Of a DNA stretch of 64,000 nt, positions 1 to 9,139 are shown piece by piece. This stretch comes from a virus (taxonomy: Duplodnaviria; Caudoviricetes), in IMG/VR virus record IMGVR_UViG_3300029305_003084; one strand, given 5' to 3'. Each line of letters starts with the position of its first letter. Within the stretch, counting starts at the first letter, position 1. Made by a program: the position numbers and the translations under genes. Under the pieces are notes generated by a model. It did no database searches and was not told where the DNA came from. It was given only the letters and a program-made list of their open reading frames with translations.

Positions 1-828
1 GACAGTTTCAATACCTAATTTCCTACGCCCTTCTCTAGTGTCAAGTAAGCCCATGATGTCATATAATGGTCTAGTTAATTCTCTATTTTCAATCTCAATT
101 AAGAATAGTCTACTTTCATCTTCAATATCATTGAAATTAATTTCATAAATTTCAGGATCACCTTTAGGATGTTTCATTAGTTTCTTTAATTCAGGTGTAA
201 TGTAAAATTCTTTCATAGATTTTTCATTCATTTCCATGATCTCACCAGTATTATTATCTATAACATGGAACATTGTGACGAAAGAATTTAATTCACCTTC
301 ATTTAATTCACTCATAGTAATGATATTATCTTTAAAGATTAACAGAGCGTAATTATCATCATCACTATCTAACATATTTAAAGTAATTTCATTTGCATTA
401 AGAGAAAAGAATTTACTGAATTTTTCACTAAATTCAATTTTCTCAGATGTTGTTGTCAGTAGATGTTTTGTTGAGAGGATTCTCTGTGATAAGGGTTCGG
501 TGATCACAGCTCCAGCAAAAGACCCAATACCAAGACCATAATTGGTATGGTAATTAATTGGACCATAACAACATTCACAAATACCTTTCTTTGATGCACA
601 TGTAATAGGCGATTTAACTAGAATCTTTTTACCAATAATATGAGTATCAGATTCAGTTAACACTTTATAATTTCTTTCATGTGGTAATTTATACATTCTA
701 CCAATCAATCTGTCCATATGCTTTTTAGTTTTAATTTCAAGACAAATTGGATGAACTGATCTACAGTGTTTTTTATTTTCTCTTAATCTAATATCAGAGA
801 CTAAGAGCATACATCTTCGGGCAAAGGC
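1..828 (-). CDS. rpoC: RNA polymerase beta'-like subunit (C-terminal half), exon 3; runs off window edge
   Basis: Manual translation from 828: AFARRCMLLVSDIRL...KSPITCASKKGICECCYG...GIGSFAGAVITEPLSQRILSTKH = beta' bridge-helix end, Zn site (RSPxTC...CxxCYG) and trigger-loop region. Absent from the ORF track because it has no stop in the window. Confidence 0.9.
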
Positions 829-2002
829 TGTTTATATTCACATAAGGTCGTTACTCTTATGCCGTTCTCTTATGAACTGCTACATATTTCTATGTAGACT
901 AGACTATATCTTCATTTTAGATTTTTCTAAAATGTTTCCCATTTCCACTCACTTGAGTGTACGTCTTTCGACTAGTCGTTGAACGTTCGTTTAAAAATAT
1001 TTAAAATTTATAATAATTTGAAATATCTGTTCGTCTTTCTCTATTTTTAATATTGCGAACATATCTACTACTACATCCAACAATATTTGCAATTTGACTA
1101 ATTGTTAAATTGTTCTCCTCTAATAATTTACATATCATATGAATTGAGTCGTTGGAAACTTTATTCATTAATCTTGGAAACTCAAAATTTTTTGAAATAT
1201 GTGTCCATGTATTACGATTATTTATATGATATATAGTATCTTCGGAAATATTTAATATCTCAGATATTTCTTTTATAGATTTATTATTAGATAACATTTC
1301 ACAACATTTTAATACTGTCTCGTCATTAATTTTAGCAAAATTACAATTTTCACCAATATTTGATCTATTATCACATAATCCACTATCAAAAGCATGTTTT
1401 ATATTTTCACTATGAGTACACCATTCTAAATTATAAACACAATTATTAGTCTTATCGCCATTACAATGATTTACTTCTAAATCATCATATGATAATCCTT
1501 TATCTAAATATTTTTTAGGAATAGGAATAAATGTCATTGCAACCAATCGATGAATTTTACATTTTTTAGTATTATCACCAAGTTTTAAATTAACATACAT
1601 ATATCCTTTTTTATATTTACTGATAGATAATGGTTTATTACTTAACATGCTATATATTTCACCGTTAGTAGAGATTATATAATCTGAATACTGTATTCCA
1701 TTTACATAAAGAGGACTTTTCATATAAATATCAATTAGTAACATATTAATATCACTTCCTTTCATTAATATAATATATAATTGAAATATATAAAATAACG
1801 ATTAGTATTGTGAATTGTTAAATATATTTTTAAACGCTTCGCTGCGGATTGTCCAATCTTATAATCTTTTTACTATACCTAAGGCATTACCCTTCGCCCT
1901 TATCTATATCACTATGATAAGTTAGTAATTATAAGCTCTAAGGAGTTTCCCGCAATTAGAGAAAATTCATTATGTCAATATGACATAATGGGCACACAAT
2001 TT
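829..2002 (-). mobile_element. Group I intron (IA2-like) with HNH homing endonuclease in P6a
   Basis: Minus strand has AATTGCGGGAAA (P), AATCCGCAGC (Q), GTTCAACGACTA (R), GAAGATATAGTCT (S), P2 hairpin CATTATGTCA/TGACATAATG, P7.1/P7.2 hairpins; removal restores ESG|AFARR. 3' boundary uncertain by 1 nt. Confidence 0.9.
1001..1765 (-). CDS. Intron-encoded HNH homing endonuclease (NUMOD4/HNH with C-terminal HTH-like repeats); true start probably 1744
   Basis: YIISTNGEIYS, KIHRLVAMTF, EVNHCNGDKTNNCVYNLEW; RBS GAAAGGAAG before the second Met; early-type promoter at about 1770-1785. Confidence 0.9.
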   Translation of the reverse strand: MKGSDINMLLIDIYMKSPLYVNGIQYSDYIISTNGEIYSMLSNKPLSISKYKKGYMYVNLKLGDNTKKCKIHRLVAMTFIPIPKKYLDKGLSYDDLEVNHCNGDKTNNCVYNLEWCTHSENIKHAFDSGLCDNRSNIGENCNFAKINDETVLKCCEMLSNNKSIKEISEILNISEDTIYHINNRNTWTHISKNFEFPRLMNKVSNDSIHMICKLLEENNLTISQIANIVGCSSRYVRNIKNRERRTDISNYYKF

Positions 2003-2011
2003 ACCAGATTC
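2003..2011 (-). CDS. rpoC: beta' subunit micro-exon 2 (GAA TCT GGT, E-S-G)
   Basis: 9 nt between ...GAAGATAAATG (omega-G at 2012) and the next intron; gives KMG-ESG-AFARR, aligning with the beta' TAxSGYLTRR motif. Confidence 0.8.
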
Positions 2012-2273
2012 CATTTATCTTCACATAAGGTCGTTACTCTTATGCCGTTCTCTTATGAACTGCTATATGTCACCATATAGATGAGACTATATCTTCATCT
2101 CTAATGAGATGCTCCCCATTTCCACTCACTTGAGTGTACGTCTTTCGACTAGTCGTTGAACCTTCCTTATATAATATAAGGCTTGGCTGCTGATTGTCTC
2201 AATTGAGAGTTCCCAGCAATTAAAGGAGTTTGCTATATACATCACTGTACATAGGAGCTAAGTTTAAACCTCG
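2012..2273 (-). mobile_element. Group I intron (IA2-like), ORF-less, 262 nt
   Basis: 5' splice site ATGGGT|, IGS GCTC, P2 CTATGTACA/TGTATATAG, AATTGCTGGGAA, AATCAGCAGC, GTTCAACGACTA, GAAGATATAGTCT, terminal G; AGGTTT in the P1 loop can pair with micro-exon GAATCT (P10). Confidence 0.9.
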
Positions 2274-3110
2274 ACCCATTTTGCTTTTGTTCATAATAAG
2301 GGACTTCCTGCCTCCTAAACTGTCGATGAAATATCCACTAATTGTATTTAAACCACCAACAACTAAATTAGAATTAATAGGAATAGGAATTGTTTCACCA
2401 GAAATATTAGGTTTAAGACCAATATTTCCGGAAAATTCGAACAGTTGCTTATCCTTTATACCTGCACCAACGTTTAGCATAGGCTTAAGATCATTTTCTT
2501 CATTTTTCAAAATCTCAATTTCTTCACGCATTAATTTATGAAGATATTCTTCAATTTCATTAGGTTGCCAACTAGGATCAACCTTCGTATGAAGAATTTC
2601 ATTGAATCTTTCATTATTATTAGCTACATTAATGAAAGATTCAATACTCATACTCATACCTAAAATAGGATTAAAATCTGTTGAAATTCTAGACAGATTA
2701 AAAATAAGGTCATGAATAATAATATTTAATTTCTTATTAGAAATCTTATTTCTAAAAGGAATAATAATTTTTTGGTCAATATATGCTTTAATATAACCCG
2801 CTGAAATTTTCTTTGGATCAATAATAAATGATTCATCAAGATGTTTAACTGAATCCAGTACAATAAGCGGTTCCCAAAAGATAATATTCGTTAAGAAATG
2901 TCTTAATTGTAATGTATGAATATATCCATCCTCTTTAAATCTAAAATGTACTGGACATTCTCTTAATTCTTTAACTTCAAATCCTTCTCTAAGTTGATTA
3001 AATATATGAATAATAAATTCTTTATATTTTTTCTCACTTTCCATCTCATTTTCCATTACATAACATGTATTGGTATATGAATCGATAATTTCTTTTACTT
3101 CTGGTCTCAT
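2274..3110 (-). CDS. rpoC: RNA polymerase beta'-like subunit (C-terminal half), exon 1
   Basis: PIPINSNLVVGGL...YFIDSLGGRKSL matches beta' PIxSNFREGL...YFISTHGARKGL; ORF track reads on into the intron. Confidence 0.88.
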
Positions 3111-3271
3111 TACTCATTATCCTCCTATAAAATTATTAGCTTATACTTACATACAAATATAATATATAATTGAAATTGATGTTTAATTATATTATGTTAC
3201 TAAGATGTTATTGAGAATATAAAATGTTAAAATTGTTGGAATAAGGGGAAATCCTTATTCCAACAATTAAT

Positions 3272-4657
3272 TTATTTAATTGTATCAGTTAATGTAATAC
3301 TAAATTTAATATTACCTTCACCAAATACATACACATTATATTCAAAACGATGTTTCTCGTTAACGCTAACAGGATAATTTCCTACATATGCTCTAGGAAT
3401 ATAAACAGATTCATCAGATTGTCTATCTTTTAAATCATCTAAACATACTAATCTGTATTTGTATGTCCAACCACCATCTTCTGAAAAAGCAATACAGATA
3501 ATACCATTATTTAAAATATTAGAATGTTTACTAGAATAATAAATATTAGGATATGTATTCATATGAGTTCTATTAAAGTCAATATTATATAACCCATAAT
3601 AATCTGTATTTGTATTAAATGAAGCGTTATAACCATTTAAAACATTCACTGATACAATTTCTTTAATGTCAAGATTATTATTTTTATGAGGACAGACCAT
3701 CCAAGACTGTTCATAACCATTTACAGTCATAGATAATACACCATTTTCATCAGTAAAATGATTGATAATGGGAACACAAATACAGAAATTATTATCAATA
3801 ATTTTAAAAGGATACATAGTTGCAGTAGATTCTCTATGTACATCAGCATCTCTATTAGGAATCATTACTTCAACATTAGGAAGTTCATCGACATAATATG
3901 TGATACCATTCATAGTAAAGCTTTCAACATTATCAATATTTTTAACAATAGGAGTATATACCATATTTCCAATCATTTCAGTTAAATCTGTTGCATTATA
4001 ATTATTAAAGAATTGAGTTTTAAAAATACCCATAATATGTTTCATATCTTCTCTAACATCTCGTTCATCAACAACATCCATACCAGGCCCATTAATTACT
4101 CTTTTATAAATAGAACCAGAATCATCAAAAATAGTAAGAACGTTGATCATTTGCATACTATCAATTGTTACCATATATGTAAAATCCATAGTTTCAACTG
4201 GCACAACAGGATATGCTTTATCGTTCCACACAAATGCAATTGGCTTTGTTTCAGAATAGAAACGAACTAAATTCTTATTAATAATTTCAAAATTTCTAAT
4301 TTCTAATATATTATGAATAACCATATCATAATTTCGAATGTCCACAATATCTACAGTTAATAGTTCGGAACTATATTTATCAGAAACGTCCAATGTAATA
4401 GATTCAATAATATTTCTTAAAGAAATATAGTCAGGAGAACCATAAGCTGAACGAGGAAGTGATCTTTCAAAAGTATTAATACTTCTAACAACACCACTTA
4501 CTTCCTTTAGATTATCACCATCTTGATAAATTAGACCATCAATAAAATCACCAATATGAATATCAGCAGAACGCTTTTCATAAGTAGTGGATAATGTTAA
4601 CCGAAACATAATCTTTGCTTTTGCTTTAATATCTAAAACCTGAGGTACACATTTCAT
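3272..4657 (-). CDS. Hypothetical protein (461 aa)
   Basis: Long ORF, RBS GAAAGGAG, terminator at about 3230-3270. Confidence 0.75.
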   Translation of the reverse strand: MKCVPQVLDIKAKAKIMFRLTLSTTYEKRSADIHIGDFIDGLIYQDGDNLKEVSGVVRSINTFERSLPRSAYGSPDYISLRNIIESITLDVSDKYSSELLTVDIVDIRNYDMVIHNILEIRNFEIINKNLVRFYSETKPIAFVWNDKAYPVVPVETMDFTYMVTIDSMQMINVLTIFDDSGSIYKRVINGPGMDVVDERDVREDMKHIMGIFKTQFFNNYNATDLTEMIGNMVYTPIVKNIDNVESFTMNGITYYVDELPNVEVMIPNRDADVHRESTATMYPFKIIDNNFCICVPIINHFTDENGVLSMTVNGYEQSWMVCPHKNNNLDIKEIVSVNVLNGYNASFNTNTDYYGLYNIDFNRTHMNTYPNIYYSSKHSNILNNGIICIAFSEDGGWTYKYRLVCLDDLKDRQSDESVYIPRAYVGNYPVSVNEKHRFEYNVYVFGEGNIKFSITLTDTIK

Positions 4658-4732
4658 AATATATACTCTCCTTTCATAGTTATATTCGTTATTTTATTGT
4701 GCTTAATTATTTTGATATAAATTCACCCTTTA

Positions 4733-4744
4733 AACACATATGTA
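4733..4744 (+). promoter_or_regulatory. Representative late-type promoter AACA-N6-TA/G (about 18 intergenic copies in window)
   Basis: Also at about 36939, 41622, 42208, 42674, 42787, 42936, 44000, 52389, 54332, 60513, 60993, 63526 (+) and about 3209, 9182, 17465, 30787, 33612, 40342, 52352 (-). Confidence 0.7.
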
Positions 4745-4754
4745 ATAGAATAAT

Positions 4755-5894
4755 GTGAGGAGGAATTTTAAAATGAGCAACAATGAAGGTTATTATGTAA
4801 TTGATATTGTTACTGAAGACTCACGTCAATCTATTTTAGATGAAATGAAAGCTCTTAGTAACTTTTCAGTAAAGAAACAAAAGATTGATGATATTGAATC
4901 AGGATCATTAGTTATTAGTGAAATTGCAACTACTAAAAAAGAAAAACCGAAAAAGAATAAAAAGAAAAAGAAATCATTATTAATTGGTGCATTTGATGAT
5001 GAAGACGAAATCAACGAAGAAGGAAAAACTCGTCAAGAAATTGATGAAGAATCATTATTAGATGTTGATTTAATTATGAGAGAACTTGAAGAAGAAGAAT
5101 TAGATGAATCTATTATTGGTGAACAAAAGAAAAATTATAAAAAGAATAAAAAAGATAATAATGATTTTAAAAAGGAATTTGCTGATGAATTAGCATTATT
5201 ATATAATTTATTAGATGAAACTTCTAAATTTGGTAAAGGATTAGAAAAAGATTTAAGTCAATTAAAAGGTAGTAAGGTTAGAGGTGTTTCTAAATACACC
5301 AATGATTTAACAGAACTAATTCTTACATCTAAACAAAATAAACTAAATATTCTAAAAGAAATCACTTCTGTAAAGAAAACAATTGCTGATCTGAAAATGA
5401 AAGCAGAAGCAAAAGATAAGCAGAAAGATAATGGTACAAATAGTCCTGAGTATCTAGCATCTGCATATCTACGTAATATTTTAAATCATGGTAGAACTGA
5501 CTTCATTTCTACAATTTCTAATAATGGTATTGATCCAGATAATCCTTCATTATTATCTTCTAATGACTATATTGATGAGGAAGATGATGATAAGTACACT
5601 AAGTTTATGATGGATAGACTTGATAGTGATGAGAATCCTTATCGAAGTTCTGAAGGATCTAAATATATTGAATATGAAAATGATGATGTTAAATTACATG
5701 TAAAAAAATGTATTGACACTGGTGAGTGGGAATTTGTTGCACTAACTAAAACTGGTAAACAACTATATGATTATCCTTTACCTAGTAAACGAGATGCTGG
5801 TAGAATGAAATTTAGTGATGATGGCAATTATGCAACTGATGCAAAAGGACGTATGTATAATGTAATTGAATATTTCCTTCCTGATGATGATTAA
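4755..5894 (+). CDS. Hypothetical charged/coiled-coil protein (start probably 4773)
   Basis: Long ORF, GAGGAGG RBS, AACA-N6-TA promoter at 4733. Confidence 0.8.
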   Translation: MRRNFKMSNNEGYYVIDIVTEDSRQSILDEMKALSNFSVKKQKIDDIESGSLVISEIATTKKEKPKKNKKKKKSLLIGAFDDEDEINEEGKTRQEIDEESLLDVDLIMRELEEEELDESIIGEQKKNYKKNKKDNNDFKKEFADELALLYNLLDETSKFGKGLEKDLSQLKGSKVRGVSKYTNDLTELILTSKQNKLNILKEITSVKKTIADLKMKAEAKDKQKDNGTNSPEYLASAYLRNILNHGRTDFISTISNNGIDPDNPSLLSSNDYIDEEDDDKYTKFMMDRLDSDENPYRSSEGSKYIEYENDDVKLHVKKCIDTGEWEFVALTKTGKQLYDYPLPSKRDAGRMKFSDDGNYATDAKGRMYNVIEYFLPDDD

Positions 5895-5897
5895 ATA

Positions 5898-5938
5898 TAA
5901 AAAAGACAGATAGAAAATTTTCTATCTGTCTTTTTTTA
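5898..5938. terminator. Bidirectional intrinsic terminator closing the 36-nt array transcript
   Basis: AAAAAGACAGATAGAAAA-TTTTCTATCTGTCTTTTTTT perfect inverted repeat with A/T tails. Confidence 0.85.
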
Positions 5939-5940
5939 TT

Positions 5941-6192
5941 TTTCCCGGATGATACTATGAGCGTCCTTGATTCATTTTGATACTGTGATACTCTATGTAA
6001 AGTTGATTCATTAGGAATCCCTGATACAATTTTTTAGATTGATTCATTGTTGCCACATGATACTATCTGAAGAACTGATTCATTCCTTATCCTAGATACT
6101 ATAACATGGGTTGATTCATTTTGACGTTCTGATACTATAATACGAGCTGATTCATTCCATATGTATGATACTATGTGAACACTTGATTATGT
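5941..6192 (-). ncRNA. TIGR-like guide RNA array: 7 units of 36 nt (AATGAATCA-N9-ATAGTATCA-N9)
   Basis: Two alternating 9-nt conserved repeats separated by 14 unique 9-nt spacers, exact 36-nt period (252 nt), no fully open reading frame; architecture as described for TIGR arrays. Confidence 0.8.
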
Positions 6193-6579
6193 AATATAGA
6201 ACGGTCTTAAAACTTCATCAAAGAATTTCTGAAAATCACCATAATAGCAACTCTCAAAATACATTTCTTCAACAAAGCTTTCATCCAGGCCATATTTCAT
6301 ACAACAAAGACTAATATTAGCCTTAGTATCAAAGCAGTAATCATCCTTGCTAACATGGTCCTGATAATAGGTGTTCATGGCATCCTGATTACCATCATCA
6401 AGACAACGGACGAAATGAGACTTATAGACAGTATCTACCTGATCAAGATTAGAAACCATCCAATAGCCAAGGAAAATTGTGCTTATTATAAACACTATTA
6501 CACCCAATACCATAAACTTACACATGGCATCAGAGCAATACATACAAGGATGCTGATTCTGAGACTTATTCTTTTTCAT
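6187..6579 (-). CDS. Hypothetical membrane-anchored protein (130 aa); stop codon overlaps first array repeat
   Basis: N-terminal Cys cluster plus TM helix FMVLGVIVFIISTIFLGYW; RBS GAAAGG. Confidence 0.75.
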   Translation of the reverse strand: MKKNKSQNQHPCMYCSDAMCKFMVLGVIVFIISTIFLGYWMVSNLDQVDTVYKSHFVRCLDDGNQDAMNTYYQDHVSKDDYCFDTKANISLCCMKYGLDESFVEEMYFESCYYGDFQKFFDEVLRPFYIT

Positions 6580-6584
6580 GATGT

Positions 6585-6717
6585 TACCTTTCTGGTTTGT
6601 GAAGTTTTCCTTCTTCTTATTAAATAATAATGATTGAGAAGGATCATAGAAAATATTCTAATTATTTCCTTCTTTATTATGATTATAATATATATTTGAA
6701 AGTGTTGACTTTACGAT
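6585..6717 (-). promoter_or_regulatory. Early promoter plus structured leader, duplicated at 30822-30955
   Basis: ATCGTAAAGTCAACACTTTCAAATATATTATAATCATAATAAAGAAGGAA...CCTTCTCAATCATTATT...AAGAAGAAGGAAAACTTCACAAACCAGAAAGG nearly identical in both copies. Confidence 0.75.
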
Positions 6718-6763
6718 TAAAAAAATACAGAGGATATTAATCCTCTGTATTTTTAATTATTGA

Positions 6764-7192
6764 TTATTCTTCAACAATAGTTCCAATACATTCTGCGGTT
6801 TCCCACTTTTCTCTTTTAGGAGTATTATAATTATCGAGAATGCCTTTCATTCTCTTATATTCACCCTTTACTCTCTTTCTCTTTTCCTGCTTAGGAGTAA
6901 CATATCTGGATCTTTCTGCATCCAGAATAATTCTACCAAATAAACTTCCAGAACCAGTATATTTCACCTGAAACATACCAACAGGAGACTTACCATACTC
7001 CCGAAGAATAAAGTCGGGAATAGCCTGATCCATACTCAGGAAGTCGTTGTGTACGGTATGTAATGCTTTCAATTCAGCATCACGATTATGTCGATAGAAA
7101 ATATCAACTTGATCAACATTTACTCCTTCGGACATCATCCAACAAAGCATGGTGTCAACTGCCTTCAGATTCATCTTTTTTGCTTCAGCCAT
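6764..7192 (-). CDS. Hypothetical protein (142 aa)
   Basis: ORF with AAAGGAG RBS, terminator 6721-6755. Confidence 0.75.
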   Translation of the reverse strand: MAEAKKMNLKAVDTMLCWMMSEGVNVDQVDIFYRHNRDAELKALHTVHNDFLSMDQAIPDFILREYGKSPVGMFQVKYTGSGSLFGRIILDAERSRYVTPKQEKRKRVKGEYKRMKGILDNYNTPKREKWETAECIGTIVEE

Positions 7193-7213
7193 GATAGTTT
7201 TCTCCTTTAAAAA

Positions 7214-7822
7214 TTAATTATTATGTAATTTAATTTTTGCTAAAGAAATTGCGATGTTATATTCTTTAGCAAAAATATTACTGCCATGATTATTGTTCAC
7301 AGCGGTTTCAAACTCATCAATAGTTCCATTGAAATATCCACAAACAACACCAATATTATCATTGATATTATAAAATGTAGTATAATCATTTCTAGAACCA
7401 ATAGGTCCAATTACTAAAATATCAGATATTTTAGTAATATTAGCATTTTCAGATACCCGAGCATTTCCAGATACCCAAACATATCCAGATACCTGAGCAT
7501 CCCCATATACCTGAGCATTTCCAGATACCCAAACATTTCCAGATACCCAAGCATCTCCATATACCTGAGCATTTCCAGATACCCAAGCATTTCCAGATAC
7601 CCGAGCATTTCCATATACCTGAGCATCCCCATATACCTGAGCATTTCCAGATACCCAACAATCTCCATCATGAGAAAGATTTTCTTCTTTCTCAATATAT
7701 CCACCAAAATCACCCTTCGTAACATTCCATCTGGGAATATCATGAAGAGCACGAATTTGATACAGAGTTTTATCGGAAATAGTGATGGTATTGTTAGTCA
7801 ATTCATATTTTTTGTTTATCAT
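7214..7822 (-). CDS. Hexapeptide-repeat (left-handed beta-helix-like) phage protein
   Basis: KKYELT...LYQIRAL...GDFGGYIEKEENLSHDGDCWV then (VSGNAQ/VYGDAQ)n 18-bp repeats; paralog at 38740. Confidence 0.85.
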   Translation of the reverse strand: MINKKYELTNNTITISDKTLYQIRALHDIPRWNVTKGDFGGYIEKEENLSHDGDCWVSGNAQVYGDAQVYGNARVSGNAWVSGNAQVYGDAWVSGNVWVSGNAQVYGDAQVSGYVWVSGNARVSENANITKISDILVIGPIGSRNDYTTFYNINDNIGVVCGYFNGTIDEFETAVNNNHGSNIFAKEYNIAISLAKIKLHNN

Positions 7823-7947
7823 GGTACTAATATATCCTTTCTTTATGTATTTATATTATAATATATATTTATAATCTTTAATTTTACGAAAAAATATAAA
7901 GATAGAGAATAGTAAATACTATTCTCTATCTTTATTATATATAAAAA

Positions 7948-9081
7948 TCACTGATATAAACTCATGCGATTAGAATAACAGAAATAAGTTGTTCCTAAGT
8001 GAGGAATTTGTACAGCTTTCCAAATACCACTACCCTGTCTAAAGTTTGCTTGGAAAACTACACTTTCAGGCATACAACGATAACCTTCTAATAATTTTTT
8101 AGCATTATTATAGGTTCTCTGATCAACTGTATATTTATTAAATAAATGTGGTGCGTACTGACCCTTCTGATAGGCAACACCCCTAACGGTATTAGGAAAT
8201 TCAGGAGATGCAACTCTGTTTAATACAACATTACCAAACATAAGTTGCTGTTCATCTGTAATCCAATATGAGCCAGCTTCACAATACATAATTCGTGCCA
8301 AAATTTCTAAATCCTCAGCAGTATAGGAGGAATATTTAGGTACTTCAGGTTCTTTAGGAGGATTATAATTCATGATCGTATAATCTGCAACATATTCTTT
8401 CATAGGGTTTTTAAACACTCTATCTAGAATAACACATAACTGTGCTCGAGTTACAAAGTCATCTCCTCTAAATGTTCTATCAGAGAATCCACCAATATAT
8501 CCTTCTTTAACAGCATATGCGATATATGGTTTCTGTTTATCACTAATTTTATCAGAGTCGGTGAAGAATAAATCAAATACCTCTGTATCGATACCAGTAG
8601 TATCAACACCTCTCATCTTTAATACAGTAGTGATAAGATCTGATCTTTTAACATTTTTATTTGGCATAAATAGCATATCACCAGTTTCAGTATTTCTCCA
8701 CTTACCTAAATATGGACGTACTGCTTCAACATAAGGAGACATCACACTAGATTCATTGACATCATCAAATGCACTTACTCCTAAATCAACAACTGATAAT
8801 TCTGCTATATTTGCAAGAATCTTTGCAAGTTCTACTCTAGTTACAATCTCGTCAGGTTTAAATTCTCCATCCTTATAACCATGAACAATATCACGGTTTG
8901 TTAAATCTGAGATTGTTTCATATGCCCAATGGCTTTCATCAACGTCACTGTATTGAATTTTAGTTTCAGTGACAATCTCATCTTGCACCTCTACGGCATA
9001 AGACTTTTCTGTCATAACTACTGGAATTGCAGCAATTATAACTGCGAGTGCAATCGCTAACTTAACAAATCTGACATTCAT
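7948..9081 (-). CDS. Secreted SLH-domain protein with C-terminal SleB/Hydrolase_2 cell-wall hydrolase
   Basis: Signal peptide; SLH motifs YSDVDESHWAY...GYKDGEFKPD...TRVE and GFSDRTFRGDDFVTRAQ; ILARIMYCEAG...VVLNRVASPEFPNTVRGVAYQKGQY. Confidence 0.88.
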   Translation of the reverse strand: MNVRFVKLAIALAVIIAAIPVVMTEKSYAVEVQDEIVTETKIQYSDVDESHWAYETISDLTNRDIVHGYKDGEFKPDEIVTRVELAKILANIAELSVVDLGVSAFDDVNESSVMSPYVEAVRPYLGKWRNTETGDMLFMPNKNVKRSDLITTVLKMRGVDTTGIDTEVFDLFFTDSDKISDKQKPYIAYAVKEGYIGGFSDRTFRGDDFVTRAQLCVILDRVFKNPMKEYVADYTIMNYNPPKEPEVPKYSSYTAEDLEILARIMYCEAGSYWITDEQQLMFGNVVLNRVASPEFPNTVRGVAYQKGQYAPHLFNKYTVDQRTYNNAKKLLEGYRCMPESVVFQANFRQGSGIWKAVQIPHLGTTYFCYSNRMSLYQ

Positions 9082-9112
9082 AATAAATCAAAAATCCTTT
9101 CTTTTTAAAATT

Positions 9113-9139
9113 TTATTTACATCGTCGTTTAACAACCAT
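9113..9139 (-). other. Candidate leader mini-ORF MVVKRRCK upstream of the SLH-hydrolase
   Basis: AACA-N6-TA promoter at about 9182, RBS AAAGGAAGTG, ATG GTT GTT AAA CGA CGA TGT AAA TAA. Confidence 0.4.

Noticed and set aside
2220-2273. ORF-track tails/heads RGLNLAPMYSDVYSKLL, LAISS (15687) and MNIND (14296)
   Set aside because: Read-through into intron sequence; removed by splicing.
6049-6093. Plus-strand spacer sequences CCTTATCCT and GTTGCCA resemble a 16S rRNA segment
   Set aside because: 7-9-nt matches are expected by chance and come from different units; no support without a search.
5941-6192. CRISPR array or protein-coding repeat interpretation
   Set aside because: Repeats and spacers are only 9 nt and alternate between two types, unlike CRISPR; the best frame (NES-xxx-IVS) has no start codon and an internal TAA.
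7414-7752. Alternative-frame ORFs (MLGYLEM.., GIWKCS..) here and at 38921-39115
   Set aside because: Frame shadows of the 18-bp hexapeptide repeats; not a DGR or array since the main frame is a coherent protein.
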